Of a stretch of DNA of 64,000 bases, positions 1 through 10,095 are shown piece by piece. The position numbers and the translations under genes are program-made. The stretch's first letter is position 1, and every line of letters starts with the position of its first letter. The stretch comes from Terriglobia bacterium (GTDB lineage Bacteria > Acidobacteriota > Terriglobia > Acidiferrales > UBA7541), in the NCBI GenBank assembly GCA_963695545.1, contig OY968796.1, positions 256,001 to 320,000 on the forward strand, given 5' to 3'. The notes beneath the pieces were generated by a model. It was given only the letters and a program-made list of their open reading frames with translations, ran no database searches and had not been told where the DNA came from.

Positions 1-187
1 GCGCGAGGCGCTGCAAGATGCGGCGCGTGGCGGGCGCGACGCAAACCAGATCGGGGCGCGGCGCGTAGGGCACGAGCGTTCCGTCAAAATCGAGGAACAG
101 CGCGATGCGCGGGGCGTCCGCGATGCGCCGGCCGACGCGGCTCCACGCGGAGAGCAAATGAGGGAGCGGATGCGCGGGCGCGGTCAT
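1..187 (-). CDS. otsB: Trehalose-6-phosphate phosphatase, 5' part (runs off window start)
   Basis: Minus-strand ATG at 187 overlaps the otsA stop (ATGA); reads MTAPAHPLPHLLSAWSRVGRRIADAPRIALFLDFDGTLVP with the HAD motif I LFLDFDGTL typical of OtsB. Confidence 0.9.
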   Translation of the reverse strand, partial: MTAPAHPLPHLLSAWSRVGRRIADAPRIALFLDFDGTLVPYAPRPDLVCVAPATRRILQRLA

Positions 188-2526
188 GAGGCCGCCACGC
201 GCTCGGCGCGCTCCGGCCGCGGCACGCGATCGATGCTGATGGCCTCAACAAACTTCGGCCGTTCGGGATGCTCGACGCGGATTTCGATGAGTTCAGACAG
301 GAGCGTGCCGGCCCAGCGATAAATATTGTGCTCGCGAACGACGCGGCGCATGCGCTCCATGCGCTCGGCCTGCTCGGCGCGCGGCATTTCGATGGCCTCG
401 CGAATTCGATCGGCGAGCTGCTGGGTGTCGTAGGGATTGACGAGAAGGGCGTCGACCAGCTCGCGCGACGCGCCGGTGAAATTGCTCAGGATCAGCACGC
501 CGCCCAAATCGTCGCGGGCCACCACAAATTCCTTGGCGACGAGGTTCATGCCGTCGTGCAACGAAGTGACCATGCAGAGATCCGCCGCGCGAAACAGGCG
601 AAAGATTTCGCTGTGCGTGTGATGGCGCTCGAGAATCACGATCGGTTTCCAGCGCGCGGTCTGGAATTTGGCGTTGATGCGATTGGCCTCGACGATAATT
701 TCGCGCTGCAGGTCGTGATACGCGGGAATTTCGCCGCGGCTGGGCGCCGCAATCTGGACGAATGTGAATTCGCGCTGATAGGCGGGATAGGATTCGAGAA
801 ATTGTTCGATGCCGCGAAAGCGCTGGAGAATTCCCTTGGTGTAATCGGCGCGATCCACGCCGACGCCCAGAAATTGCGACTCGATGCCGTACTGTTTGCG
901 CACGGCGGCGCGTTGTTCTTCATGTTCGCGCCCGGCGTCCTGTTGCTGTTGCGCGGAGGCGTCGTTCGCCGCCGCGGGTTCGGGAACTGCGACGCTGATC
1001 GGAAACGGGCGAATCAAGGTCAAATGCCCCTGGCGATTCACGGCGAAGCGATCCCATTCCGTGAGGGCCTCGAGAGCGCGATCGACGGTCTCGAGAAAAT
1101 TGTTGCAATGAAACTGAGTGTGAAAACCGATCAGATCGGCGCCCAAAAGACCGTGAAGAAGCTCGCGCTGCCAGGGGCAAATTCCGAAGACTTCAGGATT
1201 GGGCCATGGGATATGCCAGAAGATCGCCACGCGCGCGTCGGGGCGCGCTTCCTTGATCAAGCGTGGCAGCAACGCGAAGTGATAGTCCTGAACGAGCACG
1301 ACTGGAGACGCGGTGTGCTCCATCTCCTGGAGCACGGCGTCCGCGAATTTAAGATTGACGCGCTGATATTGTTCCCAGTCGCTGGCGCGAAAGATCGGCT
1401 GCGCGAACGCGGTGTGGCACAGCGGCCAGATGCCTTCGTTGGCGAAGCCGAAGTAGAAACCTTTTTCTTCTTCGGGCGTGAGCCACACGCGGCGCAACGT
1501 GTAGCTGGGCGTTTCGGGCGGCACGCGCAGGTGATCCTGCGCGTCGACCGTATCGCGGTCGGCGTCGCCAGAACCCTGGGCGATCCACGTGCCATCGCAA
1601 GAGACCATCACGGGTTCGATCGCGGTGACCACGCCGCTGGCGGGAACGATCGTTTCGATGGATTTTTCGCGGCGTACGTGCATGTACGGCTCGCGATTCG
1701 AGACAACGAATAGCGGACTGTCTTGGAGCTTCCCGCGAAGACTGACGCGCAGCCGCTCAGCGGTCCACTGGGATTCGGCGGTCTCGCGCAGACGCGCTTC
1801 GACCTCGGCGGCCGAACGCGCTTCATCCAGATTTCTCGCCAGGTGCGTGGCTTCGTTTGTGAGTTGCGCGAACATTTCACCGCCGACGGGCGGCTCGCCC
1901 GAGCGATGGCCCAGGCGCTTGGCGCGGAGCCAGACCGCGGTTCTGGCGAGCGGATCGCGGAACGTCCAACGGATCAAAAACACGGTGACGAAAACAATCA
2001 GGATGGTTTCGATGCCCGCGTTCATCATCGCGTCGCGCCAGGTTTGAGCGGTTTGCGCGTCGATGGTGCTCGCGTCATAAAAGAGAGCGAGCGTGCCGGT
2101 CACGTGGCCTTCGCGAAACAGCGGCACGGCGTAGATTTCGGACGAGACGCCTTCGACGCCGGTGAACTCGCCGACGCCGCGACCGAGTGCGGCGGCTTCG
2201 GTGGCCGCGTCGGGCGGAGTGCGCAAAGACGTCGCGAGCCCGGAGGTGATCGCGAGGGGCGCGCCGCTGTCGTCGTAAACGGCGATGCCGGCCAAATTGT
2301 CGCGGTGACCGAATCTTTCGACTACGCGCTGAAGATTGCGATCCGGCGCTCCATTGACGAGCGGTTCGACAGTCTCCTGCAGGCTTTCCGCCAAGGTTGC
2401 GGCGCGCGCGGTGAGTTCGTTGCGCAGCGCTCGCTTTTCAGATTCGGCGCGGTAGACGGCGAAAAGGAGGGAGACAAGGGCAACGCTGGCGATCAGCGGC
2501 AAGATGAAGCGGAGGTTGCTTCGCAT
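184..2526 (-). CDS. otsA: Trehalose-6-phosphate synthase (GT20) with an N-terminal two-TM extracytoplasmic sensor-like extension
   Basis: VVSNREP, QDYH, FWHIPWP, GVDRADYTKG, HDGMNLVAKE GT20 motifs; ~270-aa N-terminal region with two hydrophobic helices; start set at MRSNLRF (RBS GAGGAG upstream). Confidence 0.92.
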   Translation of the reverse strand: MRSNLRFILPLIASVALVSLLFAVYRAESEKRALRNELTARAATLAESLQETVEPLVNGAPDRNLQRVVERFGHRDNLAGIAVYDDSGAPLAITSGLATSLRTPPDAATEAAALGRGVGEFTGVEGVSSEIYAVPLFREGHVTGTLALFYDASTIDAQTAQTWRDAMMNAGIETILIVFVTVFLIRWTFRDPLARTAVWLRAKRLGHRSGEPPVGGEMFAQLTNEATHLARNLDEARSAAEVEARLRETAESQWTAERLRVSLRGKLQDSPLFVVSNREPYMHVRREKSIETIVPASGVVTAIEPVMVSCDGTWIAQGSGDADRDTVDAQDHLRVPPETPSYTLRRVWLTPEEEKGFYFGFANEGIWPLCHTAFAQPIFRASDWEQYQRVNLKFADAVLQEMEHTASPVVLVQDYHFALLPRLIKEARPDARVAIFWHIPWPNPEVFGICPWQRELLHGLLGADLIGFHTQFHCNNFLETVDRALEALTEWDRFAVNRQGHLTLIRPFPISVAVPEPAAANDASAQQQQDAGREHEEQRAAVRKQYGIESQFLGVGVDRADYTKGILQRFRGIEQFLESYPAYQREFTFVQIAAPSRGEIPAYHDLQREIIVEANRINAKFQTARWKPIVILERHHTHSEIFRLFRAADLCMVTSLHDGMNLVAKEFVVARDDLGGVLILSNFTGASRELVDALLVNPYDTQQLADRIREAIEMPRAEQAERMERMRRVVREHNIYRWAGTLLSELIEIRVEHPERPKFVEAISIDRVPRPERAERVAAS

Positions 2527-2794
2527 CTTCCGTCTCCTCTCCGAACCAGAGCGCCGTCTGCGAATCCTCAATATCGTCTTCGATTCGCGTTACCGTCTCA
2601 ATACAGGGAATCACTGATTTCGCTCTCGGCGCGCTCCACACACTCGCGTTGTTTCCCTTTCGATGCCAGTGATTCGCGGGACATCCCGAGAGTCGAGAGT
2701 CCGCGACTAACAAATTCAAACGGCGGAGAACGCCCAGGAGGAGCTTGGGGCGGGCTTCCCGCCCCAAGCCCGCGCTTGCCGCGCGGTGACGGCG

Positions 2795-3151
2795 TTAGTT
2801 GCTGGACTGAACGGTGACGTGCGTTGCGATTTGATTGCCACCGTCGGTGCGGAATTCGACCGTGGCCATCGCGCCGACGGCCGGCTTGCCATCAATCTTC
2901 GTGTCCGAATTGATGACGAAGACCTGCGTTTGCGGATCACTACCCGATTGAACCTCTATCGAGAGCGACGTGTCCGTCGCGGCCACGATCTTGCCGCTAG
3001 CGGTAGAGGTTGCGGTCGCATCGGGGCTTGGTTGAGTTGGAGACTGTTGGGAGTTCATGGAGATTGCCGCCGGGAGCGGGCGCGACCAAGCGGGCGCGAC
3101 CAGCAAACCCAGGGATACGACACTCAGCAGAACTTGTTTGGTGAATTTCAC
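2795..3151 (-). CDS. Small secreted protein, DUF5666-like beta domain
   Basis: GTG start after AGGAGGT; signal peptide; GKIVA..DTSLSI...FVINSDTKIDGKPAVGAMATVEF pattern. Confidence 0.7.
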   Translation of the reverse strand: MKFTKQVLLSVVSLGLLVAPAWSRPLPAAISMNSQQSPTQPSPDATATSTASGKIVAATDTSLSIEVQSGSDPQTQVFVINSDTKIDGKPAVGAMATVEFRTDGGNQIATHVTVQSSN

Positions 3152-3506
3152 TGCCCACCTCCTGAATTTATTCGGCTGAGGCCTAGAAGAGGAGCAACCC
3201 GCATTCCAAACAGAACAGAAAATCAAGTGAATCTCGTAAGTGCCAAAAAGATCAGACACATAAAGCGGGCTAAAAGGCCGCGGCGATTGGATTGCGCGTC
3301 TGCGACGTATGCAATTTTTTCCCACGGGCGCAGGAGTGGAGCAACCGCAGGACCGCGAGAGACCAGTTCGTTGGGACCAGAAAAAGTCGATCCCAAGGCC
3401 GAAGGGAAACGCGTTGCGTCGCGCGACGCGCTGGGTGACGCCCCGCGTTTTGCGGAGTACAATTCCGGCGAGCGTCGCGACGCAAAAGGTGAAAGGGAGA
3501 TTCCCG

Positions 3507-3908
3507 ATGACGGACGTGATTCAGCAAACGGTGGAATTCGAAGCGTCGCCGAAGACGCTGTATGGGCTTTACATGAACTCAGCGAAGCACACCAAAGCCA
3601 CCGGGGCGCCGGCGAAAATGAGCGCGAAAGTTGGCGGAGCGTTTCGGGCGTACGGCGGAGCGCTGAGCGGGAAAAATCTGGTGGTGGTGCCGGGGAAAAT
3701 GATTGTGCAATTGTGGCGCTCCACTTCGTTCAAGAAATCGGATGCGGATTCGATTTTGATCATGGTGTTCAGCAAGACGCCGTCTGGCGGGCGCGTGGAT
3801 CTGGCGCACGTGAATGTTCCCGAGCACGACCACAAAGGTGTGAGCGAGGGATGGCTGAAATATTATTGGAATCCGTGGCGGGCATATTTGGCGGCGGGCG
3901 GTCGATAG
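3507..3908 (+). CDS. SRPBCC / AHSA1-like (activator of Hsp90 ATPase 1) domain protein
   Basis: IQQTVEFEASPKTLY...VPGKMIVQLWR...GWLKYYWNPW signature; RBS GGGAG. Confidence 0.88.
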   Translation: MTDVIQQTVEFEASPKTLYGLYMNSAKHTKATGAPAKMSAKVGGAFRAYGGALSGKNLVVVPGKMIVQLWRSTSFKKSDADSILIMVFSKTPSGGRVDLAHVNVPEHDHKGVSEGWLKYYWNPWRAYLAAGGR

Positions 3909-4174
3909 GCGGGGCGGGTGGAGACGATTTACGGCAAGGTGCTGCGGTAACGTTGCAGGCGTGCGCGACATCTAAGAATTCAGATGGTCAGAAGTCTATT
4001 GGCCGGCTCGTCTCGATATCCAGCTATCGAGATAATTTGGGAAGCGCAAGTGCGATACACACGGCCATCTGTAGAAATGCGCTCCATGCAGCCGATCTAG
4101 AAAATACCTTCCGCGCAATTCAGGCTGCGGCGCGCGAATGGCGCGCGAACGAAAATCTCGAGAGGTGAAGCGAA

Positions 4175-5215
4175 ATGCGACCTACAAAAAACATGTTCCG
4201 CTGGATGCTGCCGCTGCTGGCGGTAGCTGGATTGTTCCTGGCGCTGCCGGCGCCTTCTTCGGCGCATGCCAGGCGCCCGGCGCGCGCGGCGCAAATCGCC
4301 GTGGGAATCTCGGTGGGCATCGCGCCGCCGCCGCTGCCTTACTACGATCAGCCGATTTGCCCGGGCGATGGCTATATTTGGACGCCGGGATATTGGGCCT
4401 GGGACGGCACGGACTATTACTGGGTGCCGGGCACGTGGGTAGAGGCTCCGTTCGTGGGAGGACTTTGGACGCCGGGCTATTGGGGATGGGGCGGCGCGGC
4501 GTTTTTCTGGCATGAGGGATATTGGGGCCCAGAAGTCGGCTTCTATGGCGGGATCAATTACGGTTTCGGTTACGGTGGGGTTGGGTATGAGGGCGGACGT
4601 TGGAATGGCGGCGTGTTCGAGTACAACTCAGCCGTGAACCATATCAACGTCAACGTGATTCACAATACGTACGTGCAGAACGTGCCGAGCGTGCATCCGG
4701 GACGCGTGGCTTACAACGGCGGCACAGGCGGAATTCAGCGCCAGCCGAGCGCGCAAGAACGGGCGGCGGCGGGAGAACGGCGCGCGGGGCCGACGTCCGA
4801 TCAAGCGCAGCATGAGCAAACCGCCCGAAGCAATCCCGCGCAGCATTACTCCGCGAATAAAGGACGGCCGGCAGTGGCCGCAAGCTCCAAACCCGGAGAT
4901 TTCACGCACGGCGCGCAGCCCGCGGCTACTCGTCCCAGTTATCGGCCACCGGCAGGGGGCGCGAGCGGCGGGGGAAATACGGGACACGCGACGGGCGCGA
5001 CGTCGCACGGAACGACGACCACGTCACATACAAACACGACACGTACGACGACGACGCACACAAACACGACGTCACGCGGGAGCTCCGCGCCGCACGGAAG
5101 TTCAGCGCCACACGGAAACTCGGCGCCGCATAGCGCGGCCCCGCCGCACTCTTCAGGAGGTGGTGGCTCACACCCAAGCGGTGGCGGCGGCGGTGACGAC
5201 AAGGGGAAACACTAG
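4175..5215 (+). CDS. Secreted YXWGXW-repeat protein with low-complexity Thr/His/Gly/Ser tail
   Basis: Signal peptide, APPPLP, repeated WTPGYW/WVPGTW/WHEGYW motifs. Confidence 0.88.
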   Translation: MRPTKNMFRWMLPLLAVAGLFLALPAPSSAHARRPARAAQIAVGISVGIAPPPLPYYDQPICPGDGYIWTPGYWAWDGTDYYWVPGTWVEAPFVGGLWTPGYWGWGGAAFFWHEGYWGPEVGFYGGINYGFGYGGVGYEGGRWNGGVFEYNSAVNHINVNVIHNTYVQNVPSVHPGRVAYNGGTGGIQRQPSAQERAAAGERRAGPTSDQAQHEQTARSNPAQHYSANKGRPAVAASSKPGDFTHGAQPAATRPSYRPPAGGASGGGNTGHATGATSHGTTTTSHTNTTRTTTTHTNTTSRGSSAPHGSSAPHGNSAPHSAAPPHSSGGGGSHPSGGGGGDDKGKH

Positions 5216-5260
5216 TCGCGATTCGGACGTGAATCGAATCCCGCGGGTGAATCCCGCGAG

Positions 5261-5314
5261 AAAAACTGGCGAGCCCGCTGGCGCAATCGCGCGCTAGCGG
5301 GCTCGCCGTTTTTT
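5261..5314. terminator. Probable bidirectional intrinsic terminator
   Basis: GGCGAGCCCGCTGGCGC-6nt-GCGCTAGCGGGCTCGCC stem flanked by A5 and T6, between convergent genes. Confidence 0.85.
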
Positions 5315-5361
5315 ATGATCGCGTTTACATGGCGCGAGCGGCGCGGCAGACGGATGGCGCG

Positions 5362-7239
5362 CTACAGGTCAAAGCACAGCGGAACGTCGACGACCACGAT
5401 TCGGTCGTTGCCCTTGAGAAGCAGGAGCGCGCGCAGCGCCGCGGCGCGATTGTTCTGCAGGAGATAATCGTACCAGTGGCGCTTCACGCTTTCGGGGATC
5501 AGCACGGCGATGCGGCGCGTGGGATTCTGGCGCGCGACTTCCAGGATGTGATCCATGATCGGCGCGATGACCAGACGGTAAGGCGATTCCACGGTGAGCA
5601 GCTTCGGCGGCGGCAAGCCATTTTTTTTGGCCGGCGCCTCCACCAACGTGGGCCATTGTTGTTCGAGCGTTTTCGCGGACTCGTCATCTTCGCCGACGAT
5701 GTGCAGCACCTCGATGTCTTTCGAGATCGTGAGAGCAAAGCGGATGCCGCTCTGGGCGACTTTTCCCCATCCGCGGATCGGCACGATGACCAGTGGCGCT
5801 TGGAGCGGCGTCGCGTCAAGCGGCGCGTCGCTGGCGACCATTTTCGCGGCGCGATCGAGACGTCCGTGCACGAAGGTCATGAGCATCAGCAGCGAAGGGA
5901 TCAGCAGCACGGTGATCCACGCGCCGTGCGTGAACTTCGCAACCAAGACCACCAGAACCGTGATGCCGGTCGCGACCGCTCCCACACCATTCACGATCAT
6001 GCTTCGCCGCCAGCCGGGGCCCCTCACGCGGCGCCAGTGGCTCACCATTCCGGCCTGCGAAAGCGTGAACGCCAGAAACGCGCCGACGGCGTAGAGCGGA
6101 ATCAAGCGGTCGGTTACGCCGCCAAAAAAAATCAGGAGAGCGCCGGCGAGAAACGCGAGTACGTAAACGCCCTCAGAATAAACCAGGCGCCGGCCGCGAA
6201 TATTGAAGCCGTCGGGCAGATAACCGTTCTGCGCGATGGCTCGGCACAGGCGCGGAAAATCGGCGAAGGCCGTGTTGGCCGAGAGCGCGAGCACAACCAA
6301 CACGGAGCCGATAGCCACGTAGTAAAAGGCGCCTCGGCCGGCCACGGCTACGATGATCATGGAGAGCACGCTCTGATAGCCGGCCTGGCCCGGCTCGGTC
6401 GCGGTGATGCCGTAGGCGTGCACCAAGTAGGCGATCCCCGCAAGCAACACGATCAACAGGCCGATGATCAGCGTCAGCGTGCGCTGCGCGGTGCGCACCG
6501 TGGGATCGCGGAAGGCGCGCACTCCGTTGCTCACGGCTTCGACGCCGGTCATCGCCGTGCAACCGCTGGCGAATGCTTGCAGAATCAGCCAGACGCTCAC
6601 CGCTTCCACGGCGTGGGTCGCGGGCGGCGGAGGCGCGATGACCGGAACGGGATGGCCGCCCGTGGCAATACATTTGAAGACGCCGTAGCCGATCGCCGCC
6701 AACAAGCTCAGCAGAAAAAGATAAGTCGGAACCATGAAAATGATTCCCGCCTCGCGCAGGCCGCGAAGATTGATGATGGTAATGAGCGCGAGAATCCCGA
6801 GACATATCTGGAGCGTGTGCGGGAGCAGGCGAGGCGCCGCCGAGACCAGCGCTCCGACGCCGGCGGAAATGCCGACGGCGACCGTCAAAACATAATCGAT
6901 CATCAGGGCCGAGGCCGCCAGCAAGCCCGCATTCGGGCCGAGATTTTCGGTGGCTACGGTATAGGAGCCGCCGCCACCCGGATACGCCGCGATCGTTTGG
7001 CGGTAAGAAAAATAGACGATGACCAGCAGGACGATAATGCTGGTGCTGATCGGAATGATGTAGGTTGCCGCCGCGGCTCCGAGCGGGATCAGCAGCGTGA
7101 GCGCGGCTTCGGGCCCGTACGCCGCGGAGCTGAGCGCGTCGAGGCCGAATATCGGGAGACCTGCGGCGGTCCCCAATTCTTCGGCCCGCTCCATGTAAGT
7201 GGCGAGCGGTTTGCCGAAGCACAGATCGCGGAGAGTCAT
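5362..7239 (-). CDS. APC-family permease, KimA/YdaO-like potassium transporter
   Basis: DALSSAAYGPE, AYPGGGGSY, GCTAMTGVEAVSNGV, LIPLYAVG motifs; cytoplasmic C-terminal domain with ESPYR. Confidence 0.85.
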   Translation of the reverse strand: MTLRDLCFGKPLATYMERAEELGTAAGLPIFGLDALSSAAYGPEAALTLLIPLGAAAATYIIPISTSIIVLLVIVYFSYRQTIAAYPGGGGSYTVATENLGPNAGLLAASALMIDYVLTVAVGISAGVGALVSAAPRLLPHTLQICLGILALITIINLRGLREAGIIFMVPTYLFLLSLLAAIGYGVFKCIATGGHPVPVIAPPPPATHAVEAVSVWLILQAFASGCTAMTGVEAVSNGVRAFRDPTVRTAQRTLTLIIGLLIVLLAGIAYLVHAYGITATEPGQAGYQSVLSMIIVAVAGRGAFYYVAIGSVLVVLALSANTAFADFPRLCRAIAQNGYLPDGFNIRGRRLVYSEGVYVLAFLAGALLIFFGGVTDRLIPLYAVGAFLAFTLSQAGMVSHWRRVRGPGWRRSMIVNGVGAVATGITVLVVLVAKFTHGAWITVLLIPSLLMLMTFVHGRLDRAAKMVASDAPLDATPLQAPLVIVPIRGWGKVAQSGIRFALTISKDIEVLHIVGEDDESAKTLEQQWPTLVEAPAKKNGLPPPKLLTVESPYRLVIAPIMDHILEVARQNPTRRIAVLIPESVKRHWYDYLLQNNRAAALRALLLLKGNDRIVVVDVPLCFDL

Positions 7240-7404
7240 CTTGTTTTTGTCGGCTCTTGGCAAGGCAAGCCGGAACCCACGCTAGGTTAAGTTGTTTGCG
7301 GCGAAGAGTGAAACGAAAAATTGACGGAGCACGTTTTCCGCCAATTCGACGGGCAATTGCGTGATAGCATTCGCTCGCCTGGGAGGGCAGCCATGCGGCA
7401 CGCG

Positions 7405-9762
7405 ATGAACGCTCGATGCAGCTGGACCATTTTCGCGAGCATGTTGGCGACGACGCTGGCACTGTTACTCACCAGACCGCCAAACGCCCGCGCGCAATGG
7501 GCTGCGCTCGACCCGGTCGTCAGCGTGGCGCAGCAAACCGATGGCGCACTATTCACCATGAAAACGGGAATGCTGCGCGTGCAGGTCTGCGCGGATTCCA
7601 TCATTCACATCGTTTACTCGCCGACATCTTCATTTCCCGATGCGCCGCCGTACGTGGTGACGAAAACGAGCTGGCCGGCCGCGCAGTTCACGATGCAAAC
7701 GAGCGATAAAGACGTGGCGCTTTCGACCGCGCGCATGAAGATCACGGTCACGCTCGCGGACGGCAAGATTCGATTCGACGACGCGGCGGGGAAAAAACTG
7801 TTTCAAGAGGACGACCGGAGCATGACGCCGGTCGAGGTCAACGGTGAGAAAACTTACCGGTCGGAGATCGCCTCCGGACTGTGGGATTCGACCGAGGGAT
7901 TTTACGGACTCGGGCAGCATCAGGCGGGCGTGTGGAATTATCACGGCGAGTCGGTCGACCTATCGCAAGACAATACGAATATTTCGGTGCCGTTTTTCGT
8001 TTCGAGCAATGGTTACGGCATTCTGTGGAACAACAGCTCACGCAGCCGCTTCAACAATCGCTTTTTGCACGCGCTGTACCTCAGTTCCGAAGTTGCCGAC
8101 ACCATCGACTATTATTTTCTCTACGGACCGGATTTCGATCGCGTGATTGCCGGCTACCGCGATTTGACGGGCCAAGCGCCGCTGTTCGGAAAGTGGGCCT
8201 ACGGATTCTGGCAATGCAAGAATCGCTACAGCTCGCAAGAAGAATTGCTCGGAGTGGCGCACAAATATCGCGATTTGGACATTCCGGTCGACAACATCGT
8301 GCAGGATTGGTTCTGGTGGAAAACCATGGGCGAACCCGTGTTCAACAAAAACTACCCGGACCCGGCGGGCATGATCGCTGATCTGCATCAAAACCATTTT
8401 CACGTGATGTTTTCGTACTGGCCGTTTTTCGACCCAGGGACGCCCGTTTACGACTACATGGATGAACACGGCTTCTTCATCACGAGCAGCGTGGTGCCTG
8501 GATTTCATCCGTCGGGGCACGCACTCTATGACGCGTTCAATCCCGAGGCGCGCGCGTATTACTGGTCGCTGCTCGACAATCTTTTCAAAATGGGCGCGGA
8601 CGCCTGGTGGCTGGACACCGACGAGCCAGAAACTGAAGGGCAAGAGACAAATCTTCTGGAGACCAGCAAAGTCGCGATCGGCAGCGGTGCGCGTTATGCG
8701 AATCTTTTTCCTTTAATGACCACGACTGGTGTGTGTCAAGGCCAGCGCGGCGCGTCGGACCAGAAACGGGTGTTCATACTTTCGCGTTCGGCGTGGGCCG
8801 GGACGCAGCGGAACTCCGTCACTGCGTGGTCGGGAGACGTGGAAGCGAATTGGCTGAGCTTTGCGCGGCAAATTCCGGCGGGATTGAATTTTGAACTTTC
8901 GGGGCTGCCCTACTGGACCACGGACATCGGCGGCTTCGTGACCGGACATCCGGACGATCCGGCGTATCGCGAACTTTTCGTGCGCTGGTTTGAGTACGGC
9001 GCGTTCTGTCCGATTTTCCGCGTGCATGGAACGCGCGTGCCGGACGTGAACGAGCTGTGGTCTTATGGTCCCGACGCGCAGAAAATTCTGACGGATTACG
9101 ACCGGCTGCGCTATCGCCTTCTGCCGTACATTTATTCGGTCGCGTGGAAAATCACGAACGAGGGTTACACCCCGATGCGCGCGCTGGCCATGGATTTTCC
9201 CGGCGACGTGCGCGCGCGAAACATCGGCGATCAATTCATGTATGGCCCTGCGATCCTGGTGAATCCGGTGACGGAGCCGGGCGCGGCGTCGCGTCATCTC
9301 TATTTGCCGAACGCGAAGTGGTACGACTTCTGGACCGGCCGCGCGGTGACGGGCGGCGTCGCCGTGGATGCCGCGGCGCCGATCGAGCGGATGCCGCTGT
9401 ACGTGCGCGCCGGTTCGATTCTGCCGATGGGGCCCGAACTCCAATATTCCACGGAAAAACCGGAAGACCCGATCGAGCTGCGCGTTTATGCCGGCGCAGA
9501 CGGGAGCTTCACGCTTTATGAAGATGAGAACGACACGTACGACTACGAGAAGGGCGCGTACGCCACAATTCCATTCGCCTGGGACGATGCCGCAAGAACC
9601 TTGACCATCGGCGATCGCAAAGGAACATTTCCCGGAATGCTCAATACGCGAACGTTTCGGATCGTCTTCGTCGGTGAAGGGCACGGAATTGGAATCGGCG
9701 CTACGGACGAGCCCGATACGATCGTCACATTCAACGGCGCGCAAATCGTCGTGCGCCGGTAG
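7405..9762 (+). CDS. Secreted glycoside hydrolase family 31 (alpha-xylosidase/glucosidase-like) with DUF5110-like C-terminus
   Basis: IVQDWFWW, WWLDTDEPE nucleophile region, WSGDV acid/base, DIGGF, RYRLLPYIYS; start uncertain. Confidence 0.92.
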   Translation: MNARCSWTIFASMLATTLALLLTRPPNARAQWAALDPVVSVAQQTDGALFTMKTGMLRVQVCADSIIHIVYSPTSSFPDAPPYVVTKTSWPAAQFTMQTSDKDVALSTARMKITVTLADGKIRFDDAAGKKLFQEDDRSMTPVEVNGEKTYRSEIASGLWDSTEGFYGLGQHQAGVWNYHGESVDLSQDNTNISVPFFVSSNGYGILWNNSSRSRFNNRFLHALYLSSEVADTIDYYFLYGPDFDRVIAGYRDLTGQAPLFGKWAYGFWQCKNRYSSQEELLGVAHKYRDLDIPVDNIVQDWFWWKTMGEPVFNKNYPDPAGMIADLHQNHFHVMFSYWPFFDPGTPVYDYMDEHGFFITSSVVPGFHPSGHALYDAFNPEARAYYWSLLDNLFKMGADAWWLDTDEPETEGQETNLLETSKVAIGSGARYANLFPLMTTTGVCQGQRGASDQKRVFILSRSAWAGTQRNSVTAWSGDVEANWLSFARQIPAGLNFELSGLPYWTTDIGGFVTGHPDDPAYRELFVRWFEYGAFCPIFRVHGTRVPDVNELWSYGPDAQKILTDYDRLRYRLLPYIYSVAWKITNEGYTPMRALAMDFPGDVRARNIGDQFMYGPAILVNPVTEPGAASRHLYLPNAKWYDFWTGRAVTGGVAVDAAAPIERMPLYVRAGSILPMGPELQYSTEKPEDPIELRVYAGADGSFTLYEDENDTYDYEKGAYATIPFAWDDAARTLTIGDRKGTFPGMLNTRTFRIVFVGEGHGIGIGATDEPDTIVTFNGAQIVVRR

Positions 9763-10095
9763 CAGCACCGGCAACCGCTCGACGATCCAGTACCGACGCG
9801 CGTGTTGCTGCGCGGCTTTCATCAGAACTTTCGTACGGATTTGATTGCTCGCCGCGAACGCCCCGCCGGTGGCGTACCCTCCCGAAAGGCTCCCCGACAC
9901 GCTCGCTGCCATCAACCACCTGAACGAAGGGACAGGTGGAGAGATGTGCCCTGAAACCTGGAACATTCGGGGCACGTTCCAATAGTTAGGGGCGCTGTTC
10001 TAGTTACAATTATTGAGCAACTCGCATCTAATATTTATACGAATGGTTGCTGCTACGGATGGCCATTCATAAGGGCAGTCGGCCTAAGAGGCTTT

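Noticed and set aside
2640..3260. TGGCA-starting sites upstream of otsA and the 2795-3151 gene as sigma54 promoters
   Set aside because: Both lack the GC at the -12 position
2786..4168. 460-aa plus-strand ORF
   Set aside because: Overlaps two better-supported genes and intergenic DNA; no recognisable domain
268..7290. Long ORFs antisense to real genes (268-1713, 1723-2817, 5329-7290, and similar ones such as 25683-27248 and 40768-41979)
   Set aside because: Shadow frames of GC-rich coding sequence; Arg/Ala-rich with no motifs; one runs through tRNA-Cys
7240..7404. c-di-AMP (ydaO) riboswitch expected upstream of a KimA-like gene
   Set aside because: Conserved aptamer motifs were not found in the short divergent region
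9815..9840. CGAAAG...CTGATGA on the minus strand resembling a hammerhead ribozyme core
   Set aside because: Only 3 nt separate the two motifs and no downstream GAAA closes stem II, so the three-stem topology cannot form
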